Source of the DNA: Bacteroidales bacterium
GTDB lineage: Bacteria; Bacteroidota; Bacteroidia; Bacteroidales; UBA4181
NCBI GenBank assembly: GCA_031273395.1
Contig: JAISRX010000295.1
Span: 1 to 36,759, forward strand
DNA length: 36,759 nt
Direction: 5' to 3'
The notes under the pieces are model-generated. The model was not told the DNA's origin, did not search any database, and saw only the letters and a list, made by a program, of their open reading frames with translations. Position numbers and translations under genes: made by a program. Of this stretch, positions 17,707 through 26,538 are shown one piece after another. Every line of letters starts with the position of its first letter. Within the stretch, counting starts at the first letter, position 1.

Positions 17707-19137
17707 ATGATTACTTTTTTTGTTTCCATATTGGTACTCATTGGAGGGTATTTCATTTACGGACGGTTGGTTGAACGGATTTTCGGCGTGGAACGGGACA
17801 GGCAAACCCCTGCCTATACCCACACCGACGGAATAGATTATGTCCCGATGGGCTGGTGGCGTATCTTTCTGATACAATTTTTGAATATTGCGGGTTTGGG
17901 TCCCATTTTCGGCGCCGTCATGGGAGCCATATACGGACCTGCCGCTTTCCTGTGGATTGTGTTGGGTACTATCTTCGGCGGCGCCGTACACGATTATTGT
18001 TCGGGAATGTTGTCCGTGAGAAACAACGGCATGAGCCTCCCCGAAATCGTGGGCAAGTACATGGGAACGGGGTTCAAGCAATTCATGCGCATATTTACGG
18101 TTTTGCTCATGGTGCTGGTGGGAGCGGTTTTTGTGGCGGGACCTGCCAAACTGCTTGCCGGCATGACCGCAAATCATATCGGCTTTACCGTGTGGTGCAT
18201 CATTGTTTTCATATATTATATTGTAGCCACCCTTTTGCCGATTGACAAGATCATCGGCAAGATTTATCCCGTTTTCGGATTTGCCATGCTGTTCATGGCG
18301 GGTGGCATCGGCGGCAGCTTGATATGGACGGGAGCGCCCGTGCCGGAGATCACCTTTCAGAATTTGCGCAACATGCATTCCGATCCTGTTACCTATCCTT
18401 TGTTTCCCATGCTGTTCATCTCCATTGCCTGCGGCGCTATTTCGGGATTTCATGCCACGCAGTCGCCGCTGATGGCGCGGTGTTTGAAAAACGAACGATA
18501 CGGACGGCGCGTGTTCTACGGCGCCATGACAGCGGAAGGTATTGTGGCGCTGATATGGGCTGCGGCAGCAATGAGTTTCTTTGGCGGAGTGGGAGAATTG
18601 CAAAGCGCTTTGAGCGGATACGACAACAATGCAGCCGGCGCAGTCAATGAAATTGCCCATTCGTGGCTGGGTAAAATCGGCGGTTTGCTGGCAATCATCG
18701 GGGTGATTGTGGCGCCCGTAACATCCGGTGATACCGCATTCCGTTCGGCACGGCTGATCGTGTCCGATTTTATTCGCTACAGCCAGCGGGAGATCAGTCA
18801 CCGCATTTTCATCTCAATACCTCTGTTTGTGCTTGCTCTGGTGATCCTGCAAATCAACTTTGACGTCATCTGGCGTTATTTTGCATGGTCGAACCAGACG
18901 CTGGCAACCGCTACGCTCTGGACAATTACGGTTTACCTTGTCAGGGAAAACAAATTTTACTGGATCACCCTCATTCCTGCATTGTTCATGACGATGGTGA
19001 TTTCCACCTATATTATGGTAGCGCCCGAAGGTTTCCATTTATCCGCCAACGTCGGCTACTGGATAGGAACTTTCTGTACGGCAACGGTTTGTGTCGTATT
19101 TTTCCGATGGATGCACCGTAAACAGCGATTTTTGTAA
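17707..19137 (+). CDS. cstA: Carbon starvation protein A family transporter
   Basis: DGIDYVP, QFLNIAGLGPIFGA, GAVHDY, IACGAISGFHATQSP and TSGDTAFRSAR; multiple TM helices. Confidence 0.94.
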   Translation: MITFFVSILVLIGGYFIYGRLVERIFGVERDRQTPAYTHTDGIDYVPMGWWRIFLIQFLNIAGLGPIFGAVMGAIYGPAAFLWIVLGTIFGGAVHDYCSGMLSVRNNGMSLPEIVGKYMGTGFKQFMRIFTVLLMVLVGAVFVAGPAKLLAGMTANHIGFTVWCIIVFIYYIVATLLPIDKIIGKIYPVFGFAMLFMAGGIGGSLIWTGAPVPEITFQNLRNMHSDPVTYPLFPMLFISIACGAISGFHATQSPLMARCLKNERYGRRVFYGAMTAEGIVALIWAAAAMSFFGGVGELQSALSGYDNNAAGAVNEIAHSWLGKIGGLLAIIGVIVAPVTSGDTAFRSARLIVSDFIRYSQREISHRIFISIPLFVLALVILQINFDVIWRYFAWSNQTLATATLWTITVYLVRENKFYWITLIPALFMTMVISTYIMVAPEGFHLSANVGYWIGTFCTATVCVVFFRWMHRKQRFL

Positions 19138-19225
19138 TTCGCGGATTCCCTGCCGAATCGCAAAGAGTAATGCAGGATAGCAGCAAAAAAGAAGTATTTT
19201 TGTATGATCTTTAATTTATTTGTTA

Positions 19226-19233
19226 TATTTTTG
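19226..19233 (+). promoter_or_regulatory. -7 promoter box
   Basis: TATTTTTG followed by CA, 23 bp before the ATG at 19257. Confidence 0.5.
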
Positions 19234-19256
19234 CAGGCACTTAAACCGAGTAAAAA

Positions 19257-19823
19257 ATGTGGAGTATAAAAAATACAGGCATATTATTTGTTTTTGTTTT
19301 CTGGGCGGCATCATCAAACATTTCAGGCGCTCCTTACGGTATGCCCAAAGTTGGTGTTGCTTTCGACTTTAATCCTTCCACTGTGGAAAACGGCATATAC
19401 GGATTCAGGGTACATGCGACGGACAACAGAAAGTTGCAAGGCAGCAGAAACCGGAATTATTCCCAGAGCGACCGGATACTTCCGTACACCTACGGCATCG
19501 GTTTTGGCGGCTACCGGATGAACGGGAAGCAGGAAGTCGGGAGCAACAGCAAATATTTGTATCAGTTTCATCTGATATTCACATTCAACTATCTGAACAG
19601 GAGTAATTTTGATCCGTTTATAGGCGCTTGTCCGGGATATGCGACAGGCGCTAAAAATGGTTTTTTCTTTAATCCGGTTGCCGGTATGAACGTGCGTCTT
19701 TTTGATGTTAACCGGAATTGGAACAGTAACTTTGTCAGAGCATTTTTTCAAGTACGTGTGGAATACAATACAATATTATCATCGGTTTTTACCGGAGGGG
19801 GATTTGTATTGCAGTTTTTTTAA
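19257..19823 (+). CDS. Hypothetical exported protein, probable small outer-membrane beta-barrel
   Basis: Signal-peptide-like N-terminus, amphipathic aromatic/Gly strands and a C-terminal Phe. Confidence 0.6.
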   Translation: MWSIKNTGILFVFVFWAASSNISGAPYGMPKVGVAFDFNPSTVENGIYGFRVHATDNRKLQGSRNRNYSQSDRILPYTYGIGFGGYRMNGKQEVGSNSKYLYQFHLIFTFNYLNRSNFDPFIGACPGYATGAKNGFFFNPVAGMNVRLFDVNRNWNSNFVRAFFQVRVEYNTILSSVFTGGGFVLQFF

Positions 19824-19854
19824 AAAAAGTTTGTAAATCATTAATATATTCGTT

Positions 19855-20397
19855 ATGAAAACAGTATTTTCCATGTTTATATCATTGTTTCTCCTTGCGG
19901 GAGCGGCGGCACAAACAGATACAAAAATCAAATGGTACAGTATCGAAGAAGCGGTCAGGCTCAATAAAACAGCGCCGAAAAAAATCCTGATAGACATCTA
20001 TACCGATTGGTGCGGATGGTGTAAAAAGATGGATGCGGAAACGTTCAGCTATGCTGAAATTGCCCAATACATTAATACACATTATTACCCGGTGAAATTT
20101 GATGCGGAATCGACAGCCGACATTCATTTTGCCGGAGAAGTTTTTAAGGGCGGGCAAGCAAGCAACGGGCGGAAGCAGACACACCAGTTCGCCATAGCCC
20201 TGTTCAACGGAAAGAATATCGGCTATCCGGCAATTGCCTATTTAACGGAAGATTTGGAGATCATCAGTACCGTTCCGGGATACAGAACGCCTCAACAGAT
20301 TGAACCCCTGTTGCATTACATTGTCGAAAACAAATACCGGAGCATGTATCTTGCCGAATATGAAAAAACCTTTGTCAGTAAGTTAAAGAAAAAATGA
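19855..20397 (+). CDS. Exported thioredoxin-fold protein (DUF255-like)
   Basis: Signal peptide, IDIYTDWCGWCKKMD, VKFDAE and the GYP cis-Pro loop. Confidence 0.88.
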   Translation: MKTVFSMFISLFLLAGAAAQTDTKIKWYSIEEAVRLNKTAPKKILIDIYTDWCGWCKKMDAETFSYAEIAQYINTHYYPVKFDAESTADIHFAGEVFKGGQASNGRKQTHQFAIALFNGKNIGYPAIAYLTEDLEIISTVPGYRTPQQIEPLLHYIVENKYRSMYLAEYEKTFVSKLKKK

Positions 20398-21179
20398 ACA
20401 TTCAATTGCCGTTTTTACCCGAACGCACGGGCAAACCCCGCAAGACGGGATTAACCATGATGATGGACAAAGGGTTGAGTGTCCGGGAGGCTGAAAACTT
20501 CATTGATGCGGCAGGAGCCTATACCGACCTGATCAAACTGGCTTTCGGGACGGGTATTTTTGCCGGGCACATCGACGAAAAAATCAAATTGTACCGGCAG
20601 GCAGGCGTTCGCGCCTATTTTGGCGGCACCATGTTTGAAGCCTTTATTGTCCGCGGACTTTTCGACGAGTTCCGCCGTTTTGTCGGGAAATATGGGGTGG
20701 ATACCGTCGAAGTGTCGGACGGATCAATGGCGATTCCCCATGAGGAAAAACTGGAATATATCCGCATCCTCTCCCAAGAGACGACCGTATTGTCGGAAGT
20801 CGGTTCGAAAATACGCGGGGTAACGCTTGAGCCGGACACGTGGGTCAATTGCATGAAAAGCGAATTGGAGGCAGGCTCATGGAAAGTGATTGCCGAAGCG
20901 CGCGAAAGCGGCACCATCGGTATATATCACGCCGACGGGACGGCTGATAAACGTCTGGTAGGGCTGCTGGAAAAAGAAGTGGGCAATGACAATATCCTGT
21001 GGGAAGCGCCCAACAAAAATCAGCAAGTGTGGTTCATCAAGAAATTCGGTGCGAACGTCAATTTGGGCAACGTGGCTACCAACGAGGTAGTATCGCTCGA
21101 AACACTCCGTTTAGGGCTTCGCAGCGATACCTTTTTTGAATTTCTGCCCGAAGAATTGCAATCGTTCAAACAGCAATAA
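20394..21179 (+). CDS. comA: Phosphosulfolactate synthase (ComA family)
   Basis: KPR..GLTM.MDKG, FGGT.FE, EVSDG, LSEVGSK, EARESG, WEAP, NVNLGN and ETLRLGLR.DT. Confidence 0.92.
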   Translation: MNIQLPFLPERTGKPRKTGLTMMMDKGLSVREAENFIDAAGAYTDLIKLAFGTGIFAGHIDEKIKLYRQAGVRAYFGGTMFEAFIVRGLFDEFRRFVGKYGVDTVEVSDGSMAIPHEEKLEYIRILSQETTVLSEVGSKIRGVTLEPDTWVNCMKSELEAGSWKVIAEARESGTIGIYHADGTADKRLVGLLEKEVGNDNILWEAPNKNQQVWFIKKFGANVNLGNVATNEVVSLETLRLGLRSDTFFEFLPEELQSFKQQ

Positions 21180-22174
21180 TGGAAAAAAAAGACAGAAACA
21201 TCAAATATTATCTGCTGCTGTATGCAAAGGGCATGGGCATGGGCGCCGCCGATATTGTGCCGGGCGTGTCCGGAGGAACCATCGCTTTCATCACAGGCGT
21301 TTACGAAACCCTGTTGCAGTCGTTGCGATCGTTTACGCCCTACAATTTCGGGAAAATTTTTTCGGAAGGCGTCCGGTCGTTCTGGGAAACGGTTAACGGC
21401 AATTTCTTGACGGCATTGTTGCTGGGCGTCGCCACAAGTATTTTCACGCTTGCCAAAGTCATGCTGTACCTGCTGGAAAATCAGCCCGTCCTGATATGGT
21501 CGTTTTTTTTCGGTCTGATTCTGATTTCTACCGTATCGGTACTGAAAACCGTAAAAAAGACGACTTTGCCGGTGATTGCCGGTTTTGTCGCAGGAACGGC
21601 TGCTGCCTGCCTGATTACTTCTTTCTCCACCATGCAGACGCCGGACGCCCTGTGGTTCATCTTCATCAGTGGAGCTATTGCCATTTGCGCAATGATTCTG
21701 CCGGGCATTTCCGGCAGTTTCATCCTGCTGCTGCTGGGCAAGTACGAGTACATTCTGGCAGCGCTTGCCGGTATGAAAATAACTGTTATGGCTGTTTTTG
21801 CCGGCGGTGCGGTGGTCGGCCTGCTCTCCTTCTCGCATTTCCTTTCGTGGCTGCTCAAAAGATTTCACGATTTGACCATTGCCCTGCTGGCGGGCTTCAT
21901 GTGCGGTTCGCTCAACAAGGTATGGCCCTGGAAAGTGCAGGTGGACGCCGCTACCGGACAGGCATATCCGTGGAGCATATCCGGTCTTGACCACAATATG
22001 CCGGATTTGGTGGAAAAGAAACTGCTGCCCCATGATTATGCCGTGCAAACAGGTTTCGACGGGCAGTTGCTGCCGGCTGTCGGCATGGCGCTGCTGGCTA
22101 TTGCCGTCTATTGGAGTATTGAAACCGCCGCGCGAAAATTAAAAACACAGGAAACATGCCGTTCAAAGCATTAG
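21179..22174 (+). CDS. DUF368 membrane protein (undecaprenyl-phosphate translocase family)
   Basis: [35 protein letters not shown] and GSLNKVWPW. Confidence 0.92.
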   Translation: MEKKDRNIKYYLLLYAKGMGMGAADIVPGVSGGTIAFITGVYETLLQSLRSFTPYNFGKIFSEGVRSFWETVNGNFLTALLLGVATSIFTLAKVMLYLLENQPVLIWSFFFGLILISTVSVLKTVKKTTLPVIAGFVAGTAAACLITSFSTMQTPDALWFIFISGAIAICAMILPGISGSFILLLLGKYEYILAALAGMKITVMAVFAGGAVVGLLSFSHFLSWLLKRFHDLTIALLAGFMCGSLNKVWPWKVQVDAATGQAYPWSISGLDHNMPDLVEKKLLPHDYAVQTGFDGQLLPAVGMALLAIAVYWSIETAARKLKTQETCRSKH

Positions 22175-22605
22175 GAAAGAAAACCGACTGCGCCTCCGGC
22201 TACAATCCTTCCGTTCTGGAAGCGTTTGACAATCCGCATCCGGAAAACGACTACTGGGTGCGTTTCAATTGCCCGGAATTTACCAGCCTCTGTCCGGTGA
22301 CCGCACAGCCGGATTTTGCCACCATCCGCATCAACTACCTGCCGGACCGACGCATGGTGGAAAGCAAAAGTCTGAAGCTGTACCTGTTCGGCTTCCGCAA
22401 TCACGGCGCATTTCATGAGGATTGTACGAACATCATCATGAAAGATCTCGTCCGGCTGATGCAACCGAAGTACATAGAAGTCTGGGGTATTTTTACGCCG
22501 CGCGGAGGGATCAGCATCTATCCGTGGTGCAACCACGCAAACGACGAACCGCGCTACCGGGAAATGGCGCACTACCGGCTGCTCAGGCATGACCTCAAAA
22601 TGTAA
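22156..22605 (+). CDS. queF: NADPH-dependent preQ0 reductase (type I QueF)
   Basis: [27 protein letters not shown] and F.PRGGI motifs. Confidence 0.95.
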   Translation: MPFKALGKKTDCASGYNPSVLEAFDNPHPENDYWVRFNCPEFTSLCPVTAQPDFATIRINYLPDRRMVESKSLKLYLFGFRNHGAFHEDCTNIIMKDLVRLMQPKYIEVWGIFTPRGGISIYPWCNHANDEPRYREMAHYRLLRHDLKM

Positions 22606-22841
22606 CGAACCGCCCTGCCATCGACAAATGATTGCTGCATGCCGAGCGCCGGCAAAGTGTTTCGGCATGGGCTGCAACTGCCGGCAATGTGTAAGGTTTT
22701 ATCGCACTTTATATAATGGCGCTGCCTCGGGCTGGCGGGTGTTTGACGTCGCCGGTTTTTTTTCAACCGGCTGCAAATCGCCTTTTACCGGCGCAGGCAA
22801 CCCAAAAAAAATTAACCGGTTGAACCGCTGCAAAAAAAATA

Positions 22842-22872
22842 TTGCATATCAAAAAGAAAATATTTAACTTTG
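22842..22872 (+). promoter_or_regulatory. Promoter for rpsU
   Basis: TTG at 22842-22844, a 20-bp spacer and TAACTTTG at 22865-22872. Confidence 0.65.
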
Positions 22873-22919
22873 CGGCTCAATAATAAAAATTTAAATCATT
22901 AAAAAACAAAAAGTCATAT

Positions 22920-23111
22920 ATGATCATTGTCCCTATCAAAGAAGGCGAGAACATTGAAAGAGCGCTGAAAAAATTCAAAAGGAAGTTTGAAAAAACGGGT
23001 ACGGTTAAGGAAATACGTGCGCGTCAGGCATTCGAAAAACCTTCCGTGAAAAGAAGAGAAGAGTTTCGTCATGCCATTTATGTACAAAAAATGTTTCAAT
23101 CGCAGGAATAA
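22920..23111 (+). CDS. rpsU: 30S ribosomal protein S21
   Basis: MIIVPIKEGENIERALKKFKRKF...FEKPSVKRR. Confidence 0.96.
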   Translation: MIIVPIKEGENIERALKKFKRKFEKTGTVKEIRARQAFEKPSVKRREEFRHAIYVQKMFQSQE

Positions 23112-23159
23112 GTCTTCCGAACGCTTATTCTTCGTTGACAGATGCGTTATTGATGGGAT

Positions 23160-24035
23160 ATGGAACATACCGGCTTGTATATAAGTTATCTGGAATACGA
23201 AAAACGGTATTCGCCACATACAATAGCTGCATATCGCAGGGATCTGTTGCAGTTCGACAAATTTTTGCAGGAAAACGGCTGTCCGTTGCAGGAGGTCGGG
23301 TTCAGGTGGATACGCCGATGGGTGGTTGCCCTGGCGTCGGAAAACAATTCACCCCGCACGGTCAACCGGAAAATCGTCACATTACGTTCTTTTTTCGGCT
23401 ATCTGGTGAAGGAAGGCGTGATGGAAACCAATCCGGCGGACAAAATCGGCTCGCTAAAGACGGAAAAAAATTTGCCCGCCTTCATTACAGCCGGAAAAAT
23501 GGACGAGATACCGGACACAAATCCCGAAGATGACGTTTTTGCCTCCATGCGCGACAGGATGATCATAGAGTTCTTCTACACGACGGGGGTACGTTTGTCG
23601 GAACTGATCCGTCTCGGGGAGAGTGACCTTGACCTTGGCGGAATGACCGTAAAGGTGCTGGGCAAGCGGAACAAGGAACGCATCATTCCGCTGCTACCGG
23701 AGTTTTGCCGGTCGCTGGGCGAGTATCTGTCGTTGAAGCGCAGCAGGTTTCCCGACAGCGGGATGCTGTTTGTACTGAACAGCGGTCAACCGTTGTATGC
23801 ACGGTGGGTGCAGCGGCTGACCGACAAGACGCTGGGAGCGGTAACCACCCAGAAAAAGCGCAGTCCGCACGTGTTGCGGCACAGCTTCGCCACCGGCATG
23901 CTGGACAACGGCGCCGATCTGAACGCGATAAAAGAAATTTTAGGACATGCCAATCTTGCCGCAACGCAGGTATATACGCACAACAGTTTGAAACGAATTA
24001 AAAAGATATATAAACAAGCCCATCCGCGGGCATAA
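23160..24035 (+). CDS. xerC: Tyrosine recombinase XerC-type
   Basis: YSPHT..AY.RDL, TG.R.SEL, GKRNKER, SPHVLRHSFAT and LGHANLAATQVYTH; conserved rpsU-xerC-raiA context. Confidence 0.9.
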   Translation: MEHTGLYISYLEYEKRYSPHTIAAYRRDLLQFDKFLQENGCPLQEVGFRWIRRWVVALASENNSPRTVNRKIVTLRSFFGYLVKEGVMETNPADKIGSLKTEKNLPAFITAGKMDEIPDTNPEDDVFASMRDRMIIEFFYTTGVRLSELIRLGESDLDLGGMTVKVLGKRNKERIIPLLPEFCRSLGEYLSLKRSRFPDSGMLFVLNSGQPLYARWVQRLTDKTLGAVTTQKKRSPHVLRHSFATGMLDNGADLNAIKEILGHANLAATQVYTHNSLKRIKKIYKQAHPRA

Positions 24036-24047
24036 AATGCAACGTCT

Positions 24048-24347
24048 ATGGATATAAAAATTAATTCGGTACATTTTGACGCCGATCAGAAATTAATAGA
24101 GCGCATTCACAAAAAGCTCGGAAAAATAGGACAGTTCTTCGACGGAATCATCGGAGCGGAGGTCTTCCTGCGTCTGGAAAACGTGCAGGACGACGAAAAC
24201 AAGGTAGTGGAAATACGATTGCTGGTTCCGGGATACGATCTTTTCGTGAAAAAACAGTCCAAAACATTTGAAGAAGCAGTCAACAAAGGAGTTGATTCCC
24301 TCAACCGGCAGGTGACCAAACACAAGGAAAAGCTGAGAAAGCAGTAG
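24048..24347 (+). CDS. raiA: Ribosome hibernation factor RaiA/HPF
   Basis: I.SVHFDADQKL..., ENK.VEI.L.VPG..LF.K...KTFEEA; short HPF-type length. Confidence 0.9.
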   Translation: MDIKINSVHFDADQKLIERIHKKLGKIGQFFDGIIGAEVFLRLENVQDDENKVVEIRLLVPGYDLFVKKQSKTFEEAVNKGVDSLNRQVTKHKEKLRKQ

Positions 24348-24470
24348 CAGGGCGGCAGTAGAGGAGGTTTCGGAACTTTCCTCCGCCGTATGGCTTCCGG
24401 CAATGCAAATTTTGTATTGCACGGGAAGGGTATATTTTTTTGTAAAGAAAAAATTTTAATCGGAAATAAC

Positions 24471-24926
24471 ATGATCAAATTAAAAGTTGGAGACCAGGCT
24501 CCCGATTTTAAGGGGAAGAACCGGAACGGAGAAGAGATTTCCCTGTCCGCTTACCGGGGGAAGAAGCTCGTGCTGTATTTCTACCCGAAGGACAATACAA
24601 GCGGCTGCACGGCGGAAGCATGCAGTTTGCGCAATGCATACGACGATTTTCTCGAGCGGGGGTATGCCGTTGTGGGCGTCAGCCCCGACAGCGAAAAATC
24701 GCATGCGGGTTTTATAAACAAACACGGTTTGCCGTTTCCGCTCGTTGCCGATACCGACCATGCCATCGCTTCGAGCTATGGCGTCTGGGGCGAGAAAAAA
24801 ATGTACGGGCGCACTTATACGGGTATCTTCCGCACCACCTTTGTCATCGACGCCGGCGGGACGATCGAAAGGATCATCGAAAAGGTGGACACGAAGAACC
24901 ACGCGGAACAACTGTTGCAGCAATGA
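24471..24926 (+). CDS. bcp: Thioredoxin-dependent thiol peroxidase (BCP)
   Basis: LKVGDQAPDF, LYFYPKDNTSGCTAEAC, GVSPD and RTTFVID. Confidence 0.95.
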   Translation: MIKLKVGDQAPDFKGKNRNGEEISLSAYRGKKLVLYFYPKDNTSGCTAEACSLRNAYDDFLERGYAVVGVSPDSEKSHAGFINKHGLPFPLVADTDHAIASSYGVWGEKKMYGRTYTGIFRTTFVIDAGGTIERIIEKVDTKNHAEQLLQQ

Positions 24927-24947
24927 TCATCATCACAGGAAAATAAC

Positions 24948-25694
24948 ATGACGCCCGAATATATTCGCAGTATCCTCGAAGCGGTGCAACAAGGCAAACA
25001 GGGCGTTGATGCGGCGCTCGAAGAATTGAAAGACCTCCCGTTCACCGAAATGGGGTTCGCCAAGATAGACAACCACCGGCAATTGCGCACCGGTTATCCC
25101 GAAGTGATTTTTTGCTCCGGCAAAACCGTCGAGCAGTCCGAGCAGATCATCCGCATGATGTACAGCCGCAACAGCAACATACTGGCAACGCGGGCGTCGG
25201 AAGAACTGTTCCTGCGGATAAAGAGTCTTTATCCCGAAACCGAATACCATTCGGAAGCGCGCGCCATCGTGATCCGCCGGAACAATATTCCTGCGACGCC
25301 GTCGTATATCGCCGTTGTAACCGCCGGCACAGCCGACATACCTGTGGCGGAGGAAGCGGCGGTCACGGCAGAACTTTTCGGGAACAAAGTGGAACGCATC
25401 TTCGATGTGGGCGTTGCCGGCATTCATCGCCTGTACAGCCGGATGGACGCGATACGCGGCGGGCGTGTCATTATCGCCGTAGCGGGAATGGAGGGCGCTC
25501 TTCCGGGCGTTATCGGCGGGCTGGTGGACAAACCGGTGATTGCCGTCCCTACCAGTGTGGGATATGGCGCAAATTTCAACGGACTTTCCGCACTGCTCAC
25601 CATGCTGAACTCCTGCGCCGCCGGAATATCCGTAGTAAATATCGACAACGGTTTCGGAGCCGGTTATCTGGCAAGTCTCATCAATAAAGGGTAA
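24948..25694 (+). CDS. larB: Nickel pincer cofactor biosynthesis protein LarB (PurE-like)
   Basis: D.HR.LRTG.PEVIF..GK, AGT.D.PVAEEA, DVGVAG.HRL, AGMEGAL, VPTSVGYG, MLNSC and VVNIDNGFGA. Confidence 0.93.
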   Translation: MTPEYIRSILEAVQQGKQGVDAALEELKDLPFTEMGFAKIDNHRQLRTGYPEVIFCSGKTVEQSEQIIRMMYSRNSNILATRASEELFLRIKSLYPETEYHSEARAIVIRRNNIPATPSYIAVVTAGTADIPVAEEAAVTAELFGNKVERIFDVGVAGIHRLYSRMDAIRGGRVIIAVAGMEGALPGVIGGLVDKPVIAVPTSVGYGANFNGLSALLTMLNSCAAGISVVNIDNGFGAGYLASLINKG

Positions 25695-25845
25695 CTGCAA
25701 GCCCAAAATCCTTTGGCGCTGCAACCGCACAGGAAAAGGAAAGGTATTTTTTTTGTTTCCCTGAAAAGGGAAATTGCTTATCATCTGCTTCACCGTTATA
25801 CAGAAAAAGGGGATATACTAAATTTTCTCTCCGGAGTTTTTTTAT

Positions 25846-26210
25846 AAAAAAGACATAATATATATTTTATCTCAAAAGTTTTTTTGGAAAAAAAACATCA
25901 TGTATTTTTTATCTCAAAAGTTTTTTTTGAGAAAAAACATCATGTATTTTTTCTCTATAAAGTTTTTTTAAGGAAAAACATCATGTATTTTTTCTCTCAA
26001 AAGTTTTTTTTGAGAAAAAACATCATGTATTTTTTCTCTATAAAGTTTTTTTGGAAAAAAAACATCATGTATTTTTTCTCTCTAAAGTTTTTTTGAGAAA
26101 AAACATCATGTATTTTTTCTCTCTAAAGTTTTTTTGAAAAAAAAACATCATGTATTTTTTATTTCAAAAGTTTTTTTAGAAGAAAGACATAATGTATTTT
26201 TTTCTAAAAA
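25846..26210. repeat. AT-rich tandem array, 41-42-bp unit, about 9 copies
   Basis: CATCATGTA-like cores at 25854, 25896, 25938, 25979, 26021, 26063, 26104, 26146 and 26188. Unit is approximately AAAAAACATCATGTATTTTTTCTCTCAAAAGTTTTTTTTGAG. Confidence 0.95.
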
Positions 26211-26381
26211 ATTATTGAATGATATATCTCATCTTTAGATGATCAATATTAAAAATATTTAATATTTTTATATGGCAGTATTTTATTGTTGATGATCTCC
26301 TGATGGTTGCATGTCATCAGGTATTGTTTATATTCAACCTTTTCCGTATTATAAAATAGAAGAGACTGTCTTAAAAATCCG

Positions 26382-26488
26382 TTTAACCGCAAAGCACACA
26401 AAGAATGCGCAAAGTTCGCAAAACTTATATCGCCGATGCTATTATTTTTGCGAACTTTGCGAAAATCCTTCGCGAACTTTGCGTTAAA
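26382..26488. repeat. Long imperfect inverted repeat built from CGCAAAG/CTTTGCG subunits
   Basis: Perfect 16-bp arms CGCAAAGTTCGCAAAA (26408-26423) and TTTTGCGAACTTTGCG (26446-26461), with outer TTAACCGCAAAG / CTTTGCGTTAA arms. Confidence 0.8.
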
Positions 26489-26512
26489 AAAATATCTCTT
26501 TTGAGATATTTT
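26489..26512 (-). terminator. Possible terminator hairpin downstream of GH43
   Basis: AAAATATCTC-TTTT-GAGATATTTT forms a perfect 10-bp stem, but it is AT-rich. Confidence 0.4.
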
Positions 26513-26538
26513 CTTCTTCTTTCAGTTATATGCCAATT

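Noticed and set aside
22100-22160. preQ1 riboswitch upstream of queF
   Set aside because: queF overlaps the DUF368 coding end, leaving no leader, and no aptamer-like motif was recognised.
23160-24035. Integrase of a prophage or island
   Set aside because: It is the housekeeping Xer recombinase in its usual rpsU-xerC-raiA context, with no phage or conjugation genes nearby.
24348-24400. tRNA gene or intrinsic terminator after raiA
   Set aside because: No cloverleaf or T-loop motif is visible, and the hairpin lacks a following U-tract.
25846-26210. CRISPR array or protein-coding repeat (ORF 25884..26096)
   Set aside because: There are no unique spacers. The 41-bp units shift the frame, and the F/K-rich translation simply reflects A/T tracts.
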